Below, piece after piece: positions 63,700-64,000 of a DNA stretch of 64,000 nucleotides. Location: NCBI RefSeq assembly GCF_009914755.1, contig NC_060930.1; one strand, given 5' to 3'. The first letter of the stretch is position 1, and each line of letters begins with the position of its first letter. The notes under the pieces were generated by a model. That model worked only from the letters and a program-made list of their open reading frames with translations, made no database searches and was not told the DNA's origin. The stretch comes from the human T2T-CHM13v2.0 reference genome, Homo sapiens. The position numbers were made by a program, and so were the translations under genes.

Positions 63700-63810
63700 C
63701 TTGACAGTAATCTCTATTAGGGGAACAACCAAGTCTGTCTTTTTTAACATAGTCCTCAGCAGTTAGCAAAGTACCTAGTACATAGTTACATGTTTAATAA
63801 ATATCTACCA
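63700..63810 (+). mobile_element. L2 3' terminus
   Basis: tagcaaagtacctagtacatagttacatgtttaataaatat. Confidence 0.55.
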
Positions 63811-64000
63811 AGTATATAAATTAAAGGACAATCTTGCAACTGGTATGAACCATTGCTAGGTATTCAAAACCCATCTATTTCCCAGCCCACGCCTCCATGT
63901 CTGCAAGTCACAAATCTCCATTCTGGCTCACATACTCATGTGGCCACAGCTGGAACACCATTCCCTGACACACTTCCTCCTTTCCACTCTCTGAATCAAT

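Overview
This window is human genomic DNA: it contains an AluYb8, a human-specific subfamily. It is AT-rich and dominated by interspersed repeats. I recognise no intact host protein-coding gene, RNA gene or prokaryote-type system. The only host-gene-derived sequence is a full-length processed COX6A1 pseudogene (14678-15217) with a 19-bp TSD and three frameshifts. The rest is many L1s of different ages, six Alus, solo LTRs (MER52, LTR12, MLT1, MLT2, one unassigned ERV1-type), MIR/L2 relics and DNA-transposon MITEs. I did not find a convincing new biological system. The noteworthy signal is a dense set of atypical retrotransposition or rearrangement products. These are a probably chimeric full-length L1 with a doubled 3' end, an L1 bracketed by a 95-bp direct repeat that is half L1-derived, and an old L1 whose ORF2 is replaced by a fold-back plus a copy of its own flank. 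Two 5'-inverted L1s also have ~1.5-kb gaps at the inversion junction. Subfamily calls rest on consensus sequences recalled from memory and need Dfam/RepeatMasker confirmation.
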